DNA from: an uncultured Candidatus Saccharibacteria bacterium
GTDB taxonomy: Bacteria; Patescibacteriota; Minisyncoccia; Phycocordibacterales; CALRHW01
Assembly (NCBI GenBank): GCA_964390845.1
Contig: CAYMIL010000001.1
Span: 11,307 to 75,306, forward strand
Direction of reading: 5' to 3'
Length of the DNA: 64,000 bases
This document shows positions 18,963 through 30,149 of the stretch, piece after piece. The stretch's first letter is position 1, and every line of letters begins with the position of its first letter. The notes below the pieces were generated by a model. The model searched no databases. It saw only the letters and a list, made by a program, of their open reading frames with translations, and was not told the origin of the DNA. A program made the translations under genes and the position numbers.

Positions 18963-18997
18963 GGTATACTGGTGCTATTAGTATTTAGTATATCATA

Positions 18998-19492
18998 ATG
19001 AAGAAACTCTCTCGAAATCAGTGGATAGCCGTCGCCGTCGCGCTTGTCGTGGTGTTCTGGTTCTTCGCATGGAACTCCATGTCGATAAGTCTATTTGGTA
19101 AAAGGGATGACTCTATGATGGAAAATCGCATGGATTCAAACAATATATCAAAGGGTGATGGTTTGATTATCGAAGATATTGCTGTAGGAACAGGTGCTGA
19201 GGCGGTATCTGGAAAGACTGTGACGGTGCATTATAAAGGAACATTTATGGATGGAAAACTATTCGACTCTTCGTTTGGTCGACCACCATTTACCTTTGTG
19301 CTCGGTCAGCAAATGGTTATCAAGGGATGGGATGAGGGTGTTGCTGGTATGAAAGTTGGTGGAAAGCGTCGCCTTACCATTCCTTCAGATCTTGCGTACG
19401 GACCACAGGAGATTCGTGATGGGGCAGGGAATGTTGTCATTCCAGCGAATGCGACACTTATCTTTGAAGTAGAATTGCTTGACGTCAAATAA
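18998..19492 (+). CDS. FKBP-type peptidyl-prolyl cis-trans isomerase with N-terminal membrane anchor
   Basis: VTVHYKGTFMDGKLFDSS...IKGWDEGVAGMKVGGKR FKBP core. Confidence 0.75.
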   Translation: MKKLSRNQWIAVAVALVVVFWFFAWNSMSISLFGKRDDSMMENRMDSNNISKGDGLIIEDIAVGTGAEAVSGKTVTVHYKGTFMDGKLFDSSFGRPPFTFVLGQQMVIKGWDEGVAGMKVGGKRRLTIPSDLAYGPQEIRDGAGNVVIPANATLIFEVELLDVK

Positions 19493-20699
19493 TCGACCAA
19501 TTTCATTTACGATTCAAAAGAAGCTCGGCAACGGCCACCTTGGTCGCGCCGGGCTTCTTGAAACACCGCATGGGTCTATCGAGACGCCAGCGTTTGTTTC
19601 TGTGGGAACAAAAGCAACGGTTAAAGCAATTACTCCAGAGATGCTACGCGATCTTGGCGCTCAGGTGGTGCTTGCAAATACGTATCATCTATATCTTCAG
19701 CCGGGCGACGATATCGTACGCGATGCCGGAGGGTTGCATACATTTATGAATTGGAAGGGTCCCACAATGACCGATTCCGGAGGATTTCAGGTGTTTTCTC
19801 TTGGTGCGGCATACGGCAAGGGGATCAGTAAGGTAACAAAAGAAACAGACCCACAACTTCTCCTCGCAGAAGCACAGTCAGATCCCGAAAAGCCAAAGAT
19901 CGCTCATATCGATCCAGATGGTGTAACGTTTAAATCCCACCTCGATGGTTCGACGCACTATATTACTCCTGAAAAATCGATAGATATTCAGCATAATCTC
20001 GGTGCAGATATCATCTTTGCCTTTGATGAGTGCACATCTCCGCTTGAGCCGATGCACTATCAGCGTGAGGCACTCGACCGCACGCATCGATGGGCAAAGC
20101 GCAGTCTTGAGTATCATCGTTCAAAAGACAACGCAGAGCGCCAGGCGCTTTTTGGTATCGTGCAGGGTGGGCGAAGTGAGGAGCTTCGCAAGGAAAGTGC
20201 ACACGCAATTTCTGCAATGGATTTCGACGGCTTTGGCATTGGTGGCTCTTTTGCAAAAGAGGATATGACCACAGCGGTGCAGTGGGTCAACGAAATTCTT
20301 CCGGAAGAAAAACCACGTCATTTGCTTGGTATCGGAGAGCCCGAGGACTTATTTATGGGTGTAGAAAATGGAGTTGATTTGTTTGACTGCGTCGCACCAA
20401 CGCGCATGGCTCGCAATGGTATGGTCTACACAATGACTGGAAAAATTAACCTCACCAACGCGCAGTATGTGCGTGATTTTACACCAATAGACGCAACGTG
20501 CGGATGCTATACCTGTACACATTACACAAAAGGGTATCTCGCACACTTGTTTCGAGCAAAAGAAATGCTCGCGGGTACACTCGCTACAATTCACAATCTC
20601 TATTTTATTATCAGTCTCGTACACAGTATGCGTGTTGCGTTGCTTGAAGACAGCTTCCCGGAGTTTAAGGCTGCTTTTCTCGACAAATATCGTCCCTAA
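19479..20699 (+). CDS. tgt: queuine tRNA-ribosyltransferase
   Basis: LGIGEPEDL, FDCVAPTR, zinc site CGCYTC..H. Confidence 0.85.
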   Translation: MTSNNRPISFTIQKKLGNGHLGRAGLLETPHGSIETPAFVSVGTKATVKAITPEMLRDLGAQVVLANTYHLYLQPGDDIVRDAGGLHTFMNWKGPTMTDSGGFQVFSLGAAYGKGISKVTKETDPQLLLAEAQSDPEKPKIAHIDPDGVTFKSHLDGSTHYITPEKSIDIQHNLGADIIFAFDECTSPLEPMHYQREALDRTHRWAKRSLEYHRSKDNAERQALFGIVQGGRSEELRKESAHAISAMDFDGFGIGGSFAKEDMTTAVQWVNEILPEEKPRHLLGIGEPEDLFMGVENGVDLFDCVAPTRMARNGMVYTMTGKINLTNAQYVRDFTPIDATCGCYTCTHYTKGYLAHLFRAKEMLAGTLATIHNLYFIISLVHSMRVALLEDSFPEFKAAFLDKYRP

Positions 20700-20714
20700 C
20701 GATACCATGCAGGT

Positions 20715-22778
20715 ATGAAGAAGCCTCTGTTTACCCTCAACAGTGAATACGCTCCAGCCGGTGATCAGCCGAAAGCAATTGATGCGCTTGTGCGTGGCAT
20801 AGAAAAAGGTGAGCGTCATCAGACGTTACTCGGCGTTACTGGTTCTGGAAAAACATTTACGATGGCAAATGTCATTGCGCGCGTTGGAAAACCAACGCTT
20901 GTCATTGCACACAACAAAACACTTGCCGCACAGCTCGCACAAGAGTACCGAGAATTTTTTCCACATAATGCAGTGCATTATTTTGTATCGTATTATGACT
21001 ACTATCAGCCGGAGGCATACATGCCTACAACGGATACTTATATCGAAAAAGAGGCCCAGATCAATGAAGAGATCGATCGGCTTCGTCATGCTTCTACGCA
21101 AGCTCTTCTCACAAGAAAAGATGTAATTATTGTGGCGTCTGTGTCGTGTATCTACAATCTTGGAAGCCCTGTTGAGTATGAAAAAGTAAATATGAAGGTT
21201 GGCGTAGGAATGCAGATCGCGCGCGCAGACTTTATACGCAAACTTATCGACATACATTTTGAGCGCACAGTTGCTGATTTAAGTCCGGGTATGTTTCGGG
21301 CAACCGGAAACTCTATTGAAATTATGCCTGTTTCTGAGAAGTCTATTTTCAAGGTAGATATCGAGGGGGGTGTGATTGCACGTATTCAAAAAATAGATGC
21401 GATTTCTCGAACGATTGTTGAAGATGTCGATGTATTTTTCTTGTTTCCCGCAAAACACTTTATTACAGAAGCGGATCAAGCTGAGTGTGCGTTTAAGGCA
21501 ATCAAAAAAGAGCTCGATGCACGTGTTAAAGAGCTCACCGATGCGGGAAAAATTCTTGAGGCTGACAGAATCAAGCGACGTACGTCCTACGATCTCGCAC
21601 TGATTCGAGAGATTGGGTATTGTAACGGTATTGAAAATTATTCCCGACATTTTGCTGGAAAGACAGAGGGTGAACCACCGGAAACACTACTTTCATATTT
21701 TCCACACAAACCAGATGGCACACCAGATTTTCTCACGGTTATCGATGAATCTCACGTTACAATTCCACAGATTGGAGGTATGTATGCCGGCGATAGGTCT
21801 AGGAAGGAGACGCTCGTTGAGCACGGCTTTCGTCTGCCGTCCGCAAAAGACAATCGCCCTCTTACATTTGAAGAGTTTGAAAAACGTGTAGGGAATTGTG
21901 TCTACACATCGGCAACCCCAGGTGTGTATGAGCGTGAGCATAGTACGTCGGTTGTTGAGCAAGTTATTCGACCGACGGGCCTCGTTGATCCTGAAGTAAG
22001 TGTGCGCCCGATTATTGAACGCTCGGAAGGTGGTGTTGCCACGTATCCTGGGCAAATTTTCGATTTTATTGCCGAAACAGAAAAGGTTATCGCAAAAGGT
22101 CAGCGCACTATCGCTACAACACTGACAAAGAAAATGGCGGAAGATTTGAGCGCATATCTCAAAGAGCGCGGTATAAAAGCCGAATATCTCCATAGTGATA
22201 TCAAAACTCTTCAACGTATAGAGATTTTGACGGATTTTCGAAAAGGGAAATTCGACTGTCTCGTTGGTGTTAATTTGTTGCGAGAAGGCCTCGACCTGCC
22301 GGAAGTTGCTTTTATTGGCATTTTGGATGCAGACAAAGAGGGTTTTTTGCGTTCAGAGACGTCACTTATTCAGATTATTGGTCGTGCAGCACGAAACGTA
22401 GAGGGACGCGTGGTGCTGTATGCAGAAAAGCCGACTTCAGCAATGGAGCGAGCAATTTCAGAAACAAATCGTCGTCGTCAGATTCAGCTTGCGTACAACA
22501 AAGAACACGGCATCACACCAAAAACAATTGTTAAGAAAATTCAGGACATCACCGATCAGTTGCGTAGTGAACATGAAAAAACAGTTGCAACATTGCTCGA
22601 CCTCGATCGCGTCGCTTTTGAGAAAAATCCAAAAGCGTTGATACAAAAGAAAGAACGTCAGATGAGTGATGCGGTGAAGGTGCTCGATTTTGAAACCGCG
22701 GCGATTGTGCGCGACGAGATTCGTGCTCTACAAGAAAAACTCGACGGAACTCCACAAAAAAAGACTAGAAAGAAATAG
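20715..22778 (+). CDS. uvrB: excinuclease ABC subunit B
   Basis: GVTGSGKTFTMANV Walker A, helicase motifs, C-terminal UVR domain. Confidence 0.9.
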   Translation: MKKPLFTLNSEYAPAGDQPKAIDALVRGIEKGERHQTLLGVTGSGKTFTMANVIARVGKPTLVIAHNKTLAAQLAQEYREFFPHNAVHYFVSYYDYYQPEAYMPTTDTYIEKEAQINEEIDRLRHASTQALLTRKDVIIVASVSCIYNLGSPVEYEKVNMKVGVGMQIARADFIRKLIDIHFERTVADLSPGMFRATGNSIEIMPVSEKSIFKVDIEGGVIARIQKIDAISRTIVEDVDVFFLFPAKHFITEADQAECAFKAIKKELDARVKELTDAGKILEADRIKRRTSYDLALIREIGYCNGIENYSRHFAGKTEGEPPETLLSYFPHKPDGTPDFLTVIDESHVTIPQIGGMYAGDRSRKETLVEHGFRLPSAKDNRPLTFEEFEKRVGNCVYTSATPGVYEREHSTSVVEQVIRPTGLVDPEVSVRPIIERSEGGVATYPGQIFDFIAETEKVIAKGQRTIATTLTKKMAEDLSAYLKERGIKAEYLHSDIKTLQRIEILTDFRKGKFDCLVGVNLLREGLDLPEVAFIGILDADKEGFLRSETSLIQIIGRAARNVEGRVVLYAEKPTSAMERAISETNRRRQIQLAYNKEHGITPKTIVKKIQDITDQLRSEHEKTVATLLDLDRVAFEKNPKALIQKKERQMSDAVKVLDFETAAIVRDEIRALQEKLDGTPQKKTRKK

Positions 22779-22815
22779 TGCGCGTGATACAATACATGTG
22801 TAACACGGTGTCACT

Positions 22816-24240
22816 ATGTTCTCTCAGCTCATCTACAGTAATTATTTTGAAGCAAACCGTCGTCTCGTTGTGGCGCGATGGTTTTATGTGCCAGCTATAT
22901 TTCTCATTGGCGCTCTCTTGTCGTATATGGGTAGTTCGCTTCCACTCCCGCTTATGTTGGGTGTGTGTTCTGCGTATGTTCTCGCAAATATTTTTTTTAA
23001 AAAATCAATCGCGTATGCAGAGCTTCATCACGACGAAAGACTCATTCGATACATTAGTATTGGTCAGATAGCTCTGGAGCTCGTCTGTTTTGTACCGTTG
23101 CTCTATTTTTCAGGAGGTGACAGAGGTGTTATCACTACACTCTTCTTTATTCCAATTGTATCGTCGATGGCGTTGTTTGATATTGTCGGTTCTCTTGTGG
23201 TCGCGTTTGTGTGCGCACTATGTATCAACGCGGTGTTGTTGTTTGAGTATCGAGACTATATAGGGTATATGCTCGGGTACGGTGGTAGTGTTTCTGTGCA
23301 TACAGCCTCCGAGCTTATTCTTCGCTTGATGTCGACAGTAACAAATACTTCCGCCTTTTTTATTGTTGGCGCGTTGTCGAGCTTTATTGCCTCGATGCTT
23401 CGCAAGCGGGATTATCAGATTTCCGATGAGCACAAGCGTAAAAAAATGCAGGCCGACCGATTGCGAGCGCTCAACAATGAATATAATACATACGCTCGTA
23501 TGCTTGTTCGCAATCACCTTGGCACACCAAAGGCTACTCGTGATGGTGTACAGCTTGAAAAAGAGCGTTCGGAATTTATTTCAACTGTTGCACACCAGCT
23601 CCGCACGCCGTTGTCGGCTATCAAATGGACGCTTGATTTGCTGCTCAAAGGGGAGGCGGGGACACTTAGTGGCGAACAGCGTGCGCTTATTATGAAAGCG
23701 CATGAAAGTAATGAGCGCATCATCAATCTCATTAAAGATATGCTTGGTGTCGACCAGATTGAGTCTGGGGGCGCGGATTTTTCTTTTGCTCCCACAGATC
23801 TCGCTGCGCTCTTACGTCTTGTGGTAAAAGAATTTGCTCCCCGCATCGAAGAGCGTCGCATTGCCCTTCATGATGATATTGATTCGGCAATGCCACGAGC
23901 AATGGTTGACCCGCAAAAAATGCGCATGGTATTCCAAAATCTTTTAGAGAATGCAATAAAATACACGGGAAGTGATATTTGGATAAGTACAAAACGAAAC
24001 GACGACTCAATTGTCATCTCTGTCCGAGATAATGGCATTGGTATTCCTGAGCGCGACCACAGTGATGTCTTCAAACGTTTTTTCAGGGCGGAAAACGCAT
24101 CAACGCGCGACCCAGAGGGCTCAGGACTCGGTCTTTTTATTGTTCGTTCCGTTCTTCAGCGCCATGGGGGTGATGTATCTTTCGAAAGTAAAGAGCGGAG
24201 CGGTACGACATTTACCTGCACAATACCATTGCGGCACTAG
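22816..24240 (+). CDS. intramembrane-sensing histidine kinase (about 6 TM, HisKA + HATPase_c)
   Basis: H-box STVAHQLRTPLSAI; N, G1, G2 boxes. Confidence 0.75.
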   Translation: MFSQLIYSNYFEANRRLVVARWFYVPAIFLIGALLSYMGSSLPLPLMLGVCSAYVLANIFFKKSIAYAELHHDERLIRYISIGQIALELVCFVPLLYFSGGDRGVITTLFFIPIVSSMALFDIVGSLVVAFVCALCINAVLLFEYRDYIGYMLGYGGSVSVHTASELILRLMSTVTNTSAFFIVGALSSFIASMLRKRDYQISDEHKRKKMQADRLRALNNEYNTYARMLVRNHLGTPKATRDGVQLEKERSEFISTVAHQLRTPLSAIKWTLDLLLKGEAGTLSGEQRALIMKAHESNERIINLIKDMLGVDQIESGGADFSFAPTDLAALLRLVVKEFAPRIEERRIALHDDIDSAMPRAMVDPQKMRMVFQNLLENAIKYTGSDIWISTKRNDDSIVISVRDNGIGIPERDHSDVFKRFFRAENASTRDPEGSGLGLFIVRSVLQRHGGDVSFESKERSGTTFTCTIPLRH

Positions 24241-24269
24241 TTTAAGCGTTATACAATAAACACACTATC

Positions 24270-25049
24270 ATGTCTAAGATTCTTATTGTCGAGCAGGATA
24301 GTTTTCTCGCCAACGTTCTCGATGAGCGTGTTCGAAAAGATGGCCATCAGACGTTGATTGTAAAAAATCCCGCTGTTGCTGTTGAGCAAATGGGTCTCTA
24401 TAAGCCAGATCTCGTTATTTTTGATGTTGATATGCCAGCAGGTTCTTCCGCGTCTAAACTCAAAGCACTTGCTCAAAAAAGCACGACACCGTTTGTGCGA
24501 AACATACCTGTTGTAATGATATCTCCGACAGGTGATCTCAACGAGATTCATAAAGCTGTTGAGCTTGGTGTAAAAGAATATGTTGTAAAAACGCATCTCG
24601 ACCTTGATGATTTGATGAAAAAGGTTTCAACACAGCTTGCAAAGGCACCGCAAACAACGGGTGCGCTTATTGGTAAAAAGATAATGTGGGTCGAGGACGA
24701 TCAATTTCTCAGCGATCTCATTTCTCGAAAGCTTTCTAAGCAGGGGTGTGATTTACTTTATGCGCGTACGGGCGAAGACGCTCTTTTGTTGCTCGAGCGA
24801 GAAACCCCCGATATTCTTTTACTCGATATCTTACTTCCAGGCATCACTGGTTTTGATGTCTATGAACATATGAAAACAGTATCTCGCTTGAAAACTGTTC
24901 CTGTTATTGTACTTTCCAACTTCTCCGACCAAGAAAAAGTAGAGCGAGCAAAGCAGATGGGCGCGGCGCGGTTCTTGGTGAAGGCGACCATTGTGCTTGA
25001 TGACCTTGTGCGAGAGATTGTGGCGGTGCTTTCAGAGAAAGGAAGATAG
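24270..25049 (+). CDS. response regulator with two tandem receiver (REC) domains and no output domain
   Basis: two CheY-like folds with phospho-acceptor Asp (FDVDMP; LLLDILLPG). Confidence 0.7.
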   Translation: MSKILIVEQDSFLANVLDERVRKDGHQTLIVKNPAVAVEQMGLYKPDLVIFDVDMPAGSSASKLKALAQKSTTPFVRNIPVVMISPTGDLNEIHKAVELGVKEYVVKTHLDLDDLMKKVSTQLAKAPQTTGALIGKKIMWVEDDQFLSDLISRKLSKQGCDLLYARTGEDALLLLERETPDILLLDILLPGITGFDVYEHMKTVSRLKTVPVIVLSNFSDQEKVERAKQMGAARFLVKATIVLDDLVREIVAVLSEKGR

Positions 25050-25126
25050 TGTACCTTGAGGCCCAGACCTGATATACTGCTCCTGTATAACCCCTTGGAC
25101 CCGTCCGAGGGGCTGTACTGCTATAT

Positions 25127-27742
25127 ATGGCTGAACAGAAAAAAACAAAAGAAAACTCAAAAGACCAGATAATTGTGAGGGGTGCTCGTACGCACAATCT
25201 CAAAGATATTACGGTCGAAATTCCCCGCAATACCATGACGGTGTTTACTGGCTTGTCTGGTTCTGGAAAATCGTCTCTTGCTTTTGATACGATTTTTGCC
25301 GAAGGACAGCGTCGATATGTTGAGTCGCTTTCCTCGTATGCTCGGCAGTTTTTGCGACAAATGCAGAAGCCAGATGTCGATGAAATCGTCGGTCTTTCGC
25401 CGGCAATTTCAATCGATCAAAAATCTCGCTCAAACAACCCGCGTTCAACGGTTGCCACAATTACCGAAATCTACGATTATCTGCGTATTCTTTTTTCTCG
25501 TATAGGTCGTCCGCATTGTCTCGTCTGTGGCAATGAAATCGAGCGACTCTCAAATGAGGAAATAAAAAACCTTATTCTTGAAAAGATTGAGGCAAAACAA
25601 AAAGACGTGCAGGGTAAAAAGCTCGGTCTCCCTGTATACGCAGAAATTTTTTCACCACTTGTTCGAGGTAGAAAAGGTGAATACTACCAGTTGCTTTACG
25701 ACCTTCTCGGAAAGGGCTATACGGAAGTACTCGTCGACGGCGAGCGCAAAAAACTCCGCGACCAGATTATTTTGTCAAAAAACAAAAAGCACGAAATCGA
25801 TGTATTGGTCGATCAGATCAATGTACTTGAGTTTGGGACAAACAAAAAAGACGCCGAAGAGCGTTTGAGTGAAGGTCTTGAGAAAGCTCTTGAAGAATCA
25901 GACGGCTTGGTCAAGATTGTATTTCGAGACATGTCAAAAGAAGAGGACCCAAAGAGTCGTGAAGAGTTCCTCATGTCCTCAAAGTTTTCGTGTCCGCGAG
26001 ATGGATACTCGTATCCAGAAATTGAGCCTCGTCTGTTTTCATTCAACTCTCCGTACGGTGCGTGTCCTGAATGTAATGGCTTGGGCACCCGACATTTTTT
26101 TGGAGAAGAACCGTGTCCAAAATGTAAGGGCGCGCGATTGCGAGAAGAGGCGCTTCATGTGCTTGTTGGAGGTATCAATATCGTTGATTTCGTAAATCTT
26201 TCAATTGCCGATGCGGATGCGTTTCTCAAAAAACTTAAACTCTCCGCACGTGAAAAAAGTATTTCAAAAGTTGTCATCAAAGAGATAGAGGCACGACTCA
26301 GGTTTATGATAAACGTAGGTATCGAGTATCTAACGCTCAATCGTCGTGCACACACGCTTTCTGGTGGTGAGGCTCAGCGTATTCGTCTTGCGTCTCAGCT
26401 TGGCTCTGGCCTTGTGGGTGCGCTCTATGTGCTCGATGAGCCAACAATCGGTCTCCATTCCCGCGACAACGATAGACTGATACAAACTCTTCTTCATTTG
26501 CGAGATTTGGGGAACACAATTATTGTTGTCGAACACGACGAAGATACCATTTATTCGTCGGATTATATCGTCGATATCGGCCCAGGGGCTGGAGTGCATG
26601 GCGGACATGTTGTGGTGTCTGGGTATCTCGATTCATTACTTACCGCAAAAAAGAATGATTCAGGCTCGCTGACACTGGACTATTTGCGGGGTGATAAGAA
26701 GATTGAAACACCAGAAGCTCGGCGCGACACACCAAAGGGAGAGATCAAGATTCGTGGTGGAAAAATATTTAATATCAAAAATCTCAACATAGATATTCCT
26801 CTCGGGCGCCTCATTACTGTCACGGGAGTTTCTGGTTCTGGAAAATCAACGTTTTTGTATGAGATTGTACACAAAAATCTACAAGCGCGATTTGATAGGC
26901 GTTATCGAAGCGCTGAGGTGTTCAATTGTGGTTCATTTGTTGGTACTGAATATTTAGGTCGAGCTATTTTGATAGATCAATCACCAATTGGTCGTACGCC
27001 TCGTTCAAACCCCGCGACATACACGGGCGCTTTTACCTTTATCCGTGACCTCTTTGCCGAAACGGCCGAAGCTCGCGCTCGTGGCTGGAAAGCAAATCGT
27101 TTCTCATTCAACGTAAAAGGTGGTCGATGCGAAACGTGTCAGGGTAATGGAGTAATAGAAGTCGAGATGCACTTTTTGCCGACAGTGTACGTGCCATGCG
27201 ATGTGTGTTCTGGAAAACGATTCACTAAAGAAACACTCGAAGTAAAGTACAAGAAAAAGAGTATTTATGATGTATTGCGCATGACAATCGAAGAAGCCCT
27301 CGATTTCTTTGAAGATATTCCAGCTATTTATGATCGTCTTAAAACAATGGAAGAGGTGGGTCTGGGGTACTTGGAGCTTGGGCAATCTGCGACAACCCTT
27401 TCTGGTGGTGAAGCTCAGCGTGTAAAAATTTCCGCTGAGTTATATCGTCCGCATGTCCAAAAAACAGTCTACCTTCTCGATGAACCAACAATCGGTTTGC
27501 ATTATGAAGATGTGCGTAAGCTTATTGAAATCCTCCAAAAGCTTGTCGATAAAGGCAATACGGTTATTGTTATTGAGCATAATATCGACCTTATAAAAAG
27601 CTCCGATTTTATCATCGACATTGGCCCAGAGGGTGGTAGTGGTGGCGGTCAGATTGTTGCAAAAGGTACACCCGAAGAGGTTGCAAATAATCCAAAATCA
27701 CACACAGGCCACTATCTCAAGAAGGCGCTTAAAAAGGGATAA
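25127..27742 (+). CDS. uvrA: excinuclease ABC subunit A (compact, 871 aa)
   Basis: two ABC cassettes (GLSGSGKSS / GVSGSGKST), zinc-finger Cys pairs. Confidence 0.9.
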   Translation: MAEQKKTKENSKDQIIVRGARTHNLKDITVEIPRNTMTVFTGLSGSGKSSLAFDTIFAEGQRRYVESLSSYARQFLRQMQKPDVDEIVGLSPAISIDQKSRSNNPRSTVATITEIYDYLRILFSRIGRPHCLVCGNEIERLSNEEIKNLILEKIEAKQKDVQGKKLGLPVYAEIFSPLVRGRKGEYYQLLYDLLGKGYTEVLVDGERKKLRDQIILSKNKKHEIDVLVDQINVLEFGTNKKDAEERLSEGLEKALEESDGLVKIVFRDMSKEEDPKSREEFLMSSKFSCPRDGYSYPEIEPRLFSFNSPYGACPECNGLGTRHFFGEEPCPKCKGARLREEALHVLVGGINIVDFVNLSIADADAFLKKLKLSAREKSISKVVIKEIEARLRFMINVGIEYLTLNRRAHTLSGGEAQRIRLASQLGSGLVGALYVLDEPTIGLHSRDNDRLIQTLLHLRDLGNTIIVVEHDEDTIYSSDYIVDIGPGAGVHGGHVVVSGYLDSLLTAKKNDSGSLTLDYLRGDKKIETPEARRDTPKGEIKIRGGKIFNIKNLNIDIPLGRLITVTGVSGSGKSTFLYEIVHKNLQARFDRRYRSAEVFNCGSFVGTEYLGRAILIDQSPIGRTPRSNPATYTGAFTFIRDLFAETAEARARGWKANRFSFNVKGGRCETCQGNGVIEVEMHFLPTVYVPCDVCSGKRFTKETLEVKYKKKSIYDVLRMTIEEALDFFEDIPAIYDRLKTMEEVGLGYLELGQSATTLSGGEAQRVKISAELYRPHVQKTVYLLDEPTIGLHYEDVRKLIEILQKLVDKGNTVIVIEHNIDLIKSSDFIIDIGPEGGSGGGQIVAKGTPEEVANNPKSHTGHYLKKALKKG

Positions 27743-27745
27743 CCT

Positions 27746-29011
27746 ATGAAACAGCACTATCCGCCATCTGTACAAAAAACACTTGCCGGACTACCGGATA
27801 CTCCCGGTGTATATTTTTTTAAAGGACCACAGGGGAATATTTTGTATGTAGGCAAAGCAACATCATTGCGCGACCGTGTTCGTAGCTACTTTAGCGCGGA
27901 TCTAAGTCGTACACGCGGTCCACTTATCCAAAAAATGATGGAGGAGTTTGCGTCGATTGATGTAACAACTACCGATTCTGTGCTCGAGGCCCTCATTCTT
28001 GAAGCCCATCTCATAAAGCAACATCAGCCCCTATACAATTCTCGCGAAAAAGATAATAAAAGTTTCAATTATGTTGTCATTACAAAAGATCCATTTCCAA
28101 AGGTGTTGATTGCGCGTGGAAGAACAATAGCCTCGGTGTTTCCAAAAGAACACATGTTGCATATGTTTGGCCCGTTTCCTCATGGAGCGCAACTCAAAGA
28201 AGCACTCGCTATCGTGAGAAAAATTTTTCCATATACCGATACAAAATGCGTGCCCGCAGATGAACAGCGTGCGAAAGGTAGGGTGCCGCGCCCGTGTTTC
28301 AATCGTCAGATAGGTTTATGCCCAGGGGTGTGTACAGGGGAAATAAGTAAAAAAGAATATGCGCGCACTATTCGCCAGCTCGCTTTATTTTTTCAAGGCA
28401 AAAAGAAAACATTGCTCCTTGATCTGCAGCGACACATGAAGGCGTATGCAAACGCGCATGAATTTGAAAAGGCGGATATGATAAAACGTCGGATATTTTC
28501 TATCACACACATACACGATGTTGCACTCTTAAAGCGTGATGTTGGTGCGCCCCAAAACGGAGCGGCGCATTTCCGCATCGAAGCGTATGACGTCGCACAT
28601 CTTCAGGGTTCTGACATGACCGGTGTTATGGTGGTGGTAGAGGACGGCGAGGCGACATCTTCTGAATATAGAAAGTTTAAAATCAAAAATGTGTCCGGCA
28701 TCAACGACATCGCCGCACTCAAGGAAGTGCTTACTCGTCGACTTGGTCACACAGAATGGAAGTTGCCCAATCTTATCGTTGTAGATGGTGCGCAGGCGCA
28801 GATCAACGTGGCACAAGAAGTGCTCGCTGAGCGAGGCATTTCAATCGATGTGGTGTCTGTCGTCAAAGATGAAAAGCATAAAGCTCGTGAGGTGCTTGGC
28901 GACAAGCGCCATGTCCTTGAGCATGGTAGCGCAATACTTCTTGCAAACGCTGAGGCCCACCGTTTTGCAATCAGTTATCACCGTTCATTGCGAAACAGGA
29001 ATATGATTTGA
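27746..29011 (+). CDS. uvrC: excinuclease ABC subunit C, short form (GIY-YIG + UvrB-interacting + Endo V-like; no C-terminal HhH pair)
   Basis: GVYFFKG...ILYVGKA GIY-YIG motif. Confidence 0.8.
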   Translation: MKQHYPPSVQKTLAGLPDTPGVYFFKGPQGNILYVGKATSLRDRVRSYFSADLSRTRGPLIQKMMEEFASIDVTTTDSVLEALILEAHLIKQHQPLYNSREKDNKSFNYVVITKDPFPKVLIARGRTIASVFPKEHMLHMFGPFPHGAQLKEALAIVRKIFPYTDTKCVPADEQRAKGRVPRPCFNRQIGLCPGVCTGEISKKEYARTIRQLALFFQGKKKTLLLDLQRHMKAYANAHEFEKADMIKRRIFSITHIHDVALLKRDVGAPQNGAAHFRIEAYDVAHLQGSDMTGVMVVVEDGEATSSEYRKFKIKNVSGINDIAALKEVLTRRLGHTEWKLPNLIVVDGAQAQINVAQEVLAERGISIDVVSVVKDEKHKAREVLGDKRHVLEHGSAILLANAEAHRFAISYHRSLRNRNMI

Positions 29012-29028
29012 TGATATACTAAATCATC

Positions 29029-30009
29029 ATGAGTCATTCTAAAGGTAAAAAAAGAGTTGGCGTACTGCGTGGTGGACCCTCTGGAGAATACGAAGTATCT
29101 CTAAAAACAGGCAACACTGTGCTTGCGCACTTGCCCCCACACTACGAACCAATTGATATCCTAATAGATAAAAAGGGAGTGTGGCATGTCGGTGGTCTCC
29201 CAAAGTCTCCAGAAAGTGTACTGCGTCTCGTCGATGTGGTGTTCAACGCGCTTCATGGCGATTATGGCGAGGATGGAAAGGTGCAACAGCTTCTCGATGC
29301 ATTTGGTGTTCCGTATACAGGTTCTGGTGCCGTTGCGTCTGCGCTAAGTATGAACAAATACCTTACAAAAAAGGTGTACATTGCGCGTGGTCTACGCACG
29401 CCTCATTTTGAGATTCTTCGTCGAGAAGACATCGAGCGCCCAAAATTATTTGGCGTATTTGCAAACCTCAATAAACCACTTGTAGTAAAGCCGGCATCGG
29501 CAGGTTCTTCGCTTGGAGTAACGATTCTTGTTGATTGGGAAGAGTTTACACCTGCTGTTGAGCACGCACTTGAGTTTTCTGACACGGTGCTTGTGGAAGA
29601 GTTTGTAAAGGGAATAGAGGCAACGTGCGGCGTACTCGATAGCGCGACAACAAAAGGTGAGATATATGCGCTTCCACCTGTGGAAATTGTAAAACCAGAA
29701 GAGAGTCCCTTCTTTAATTACGATGCAAAGTATAGCGGTGCATCTCAAGAGTTCTGTCCTGGTCGTTTCAACCCTCACCAAACAAAAAAAATTCAAGAGA
29801 TGGCAAAGGAAGCACACCGCGCGCTTGGGTTGCGTCACTATTCTCGCTCCGACTTTATCGTCGCTGATGATGATATTTACATTTTGGAGACCAATACATT
29901 GCCCGGCCTTACGCAGGAGTCTTTGTTGCCAAAGTCGCTCCTCGCAGCCGATTGCTCACTGCCAGACTTTCTCGATCACGTGATTATTTTGGCAATTGAA
30001 GGGGATTAG
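29029..30009 (+). CDS. ddl: D-alanine--D-alanine ligase
   Basis: ATP-grasp motifs, RVGVLRGGPSGEYEVS N-terminus. Confidence 0.85.
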   Translation: MSHSKGKKRVGVLRGGPSGEYEVSLKTGNTVLAHLPPHYEPIDILIDKKGVWHVGGLPKSPESVLRLVDVVFNALHGDYGEDGKVQQLLDAFGVPYTGSGAVASALSMNKYLTKKVYIARGLRTPHFEILRREDIERPKLFGVFANLNKPLVVKPASAGSSLGVTILVDWEEFTPAVEHALEFSDTVLVEEFVKGIEATCGVLDSATTKGEIYALPPVEIVKPEESPFFNYDAKYSGASQEFCPGRFNPHQTKKIQEMAKEAHRALGLRHYSRSDFIVADDDIYILETNTLPGLTQESLLPKSLLAADCSLPDFLDHVIILAIEGD

Positions 30010-30017
30010 ATGGTGCC

Positions 30018-30046
30018 TTGATTTTCTACCGTGTGTCCCATATAAT
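30018..30046 (+). promoter_or_regulatory. near-consensus sigma70 promoter TTGATT-N17-TATAAT for tRNA-Ala
   Basis: read directly; tRNA 5' end 30 nt downstream of -10. Confidence 0.5.
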
Positions 30047-30076
30047 GTAGCGCACGGTTTAGTTTGGTAAGTAGAC

Positions 30077-30149
30077 GGGCCCTTAGCTTAGTTGGTAGAG
30101 CGCCTCATTTGCAATGAGGAGGTCATCGGTTCGAATCCGATAGGGTCCA
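30077..30149 (+). tRNA. tRNA-Ala(UGC), CCA not encoded
   Basis: cloverleaf folded by hand: 7-bp acceptor with G3:U70, anticodon loop TTTGCAA, T-arm GGTTCGAATCC. Confidence 0.85.
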
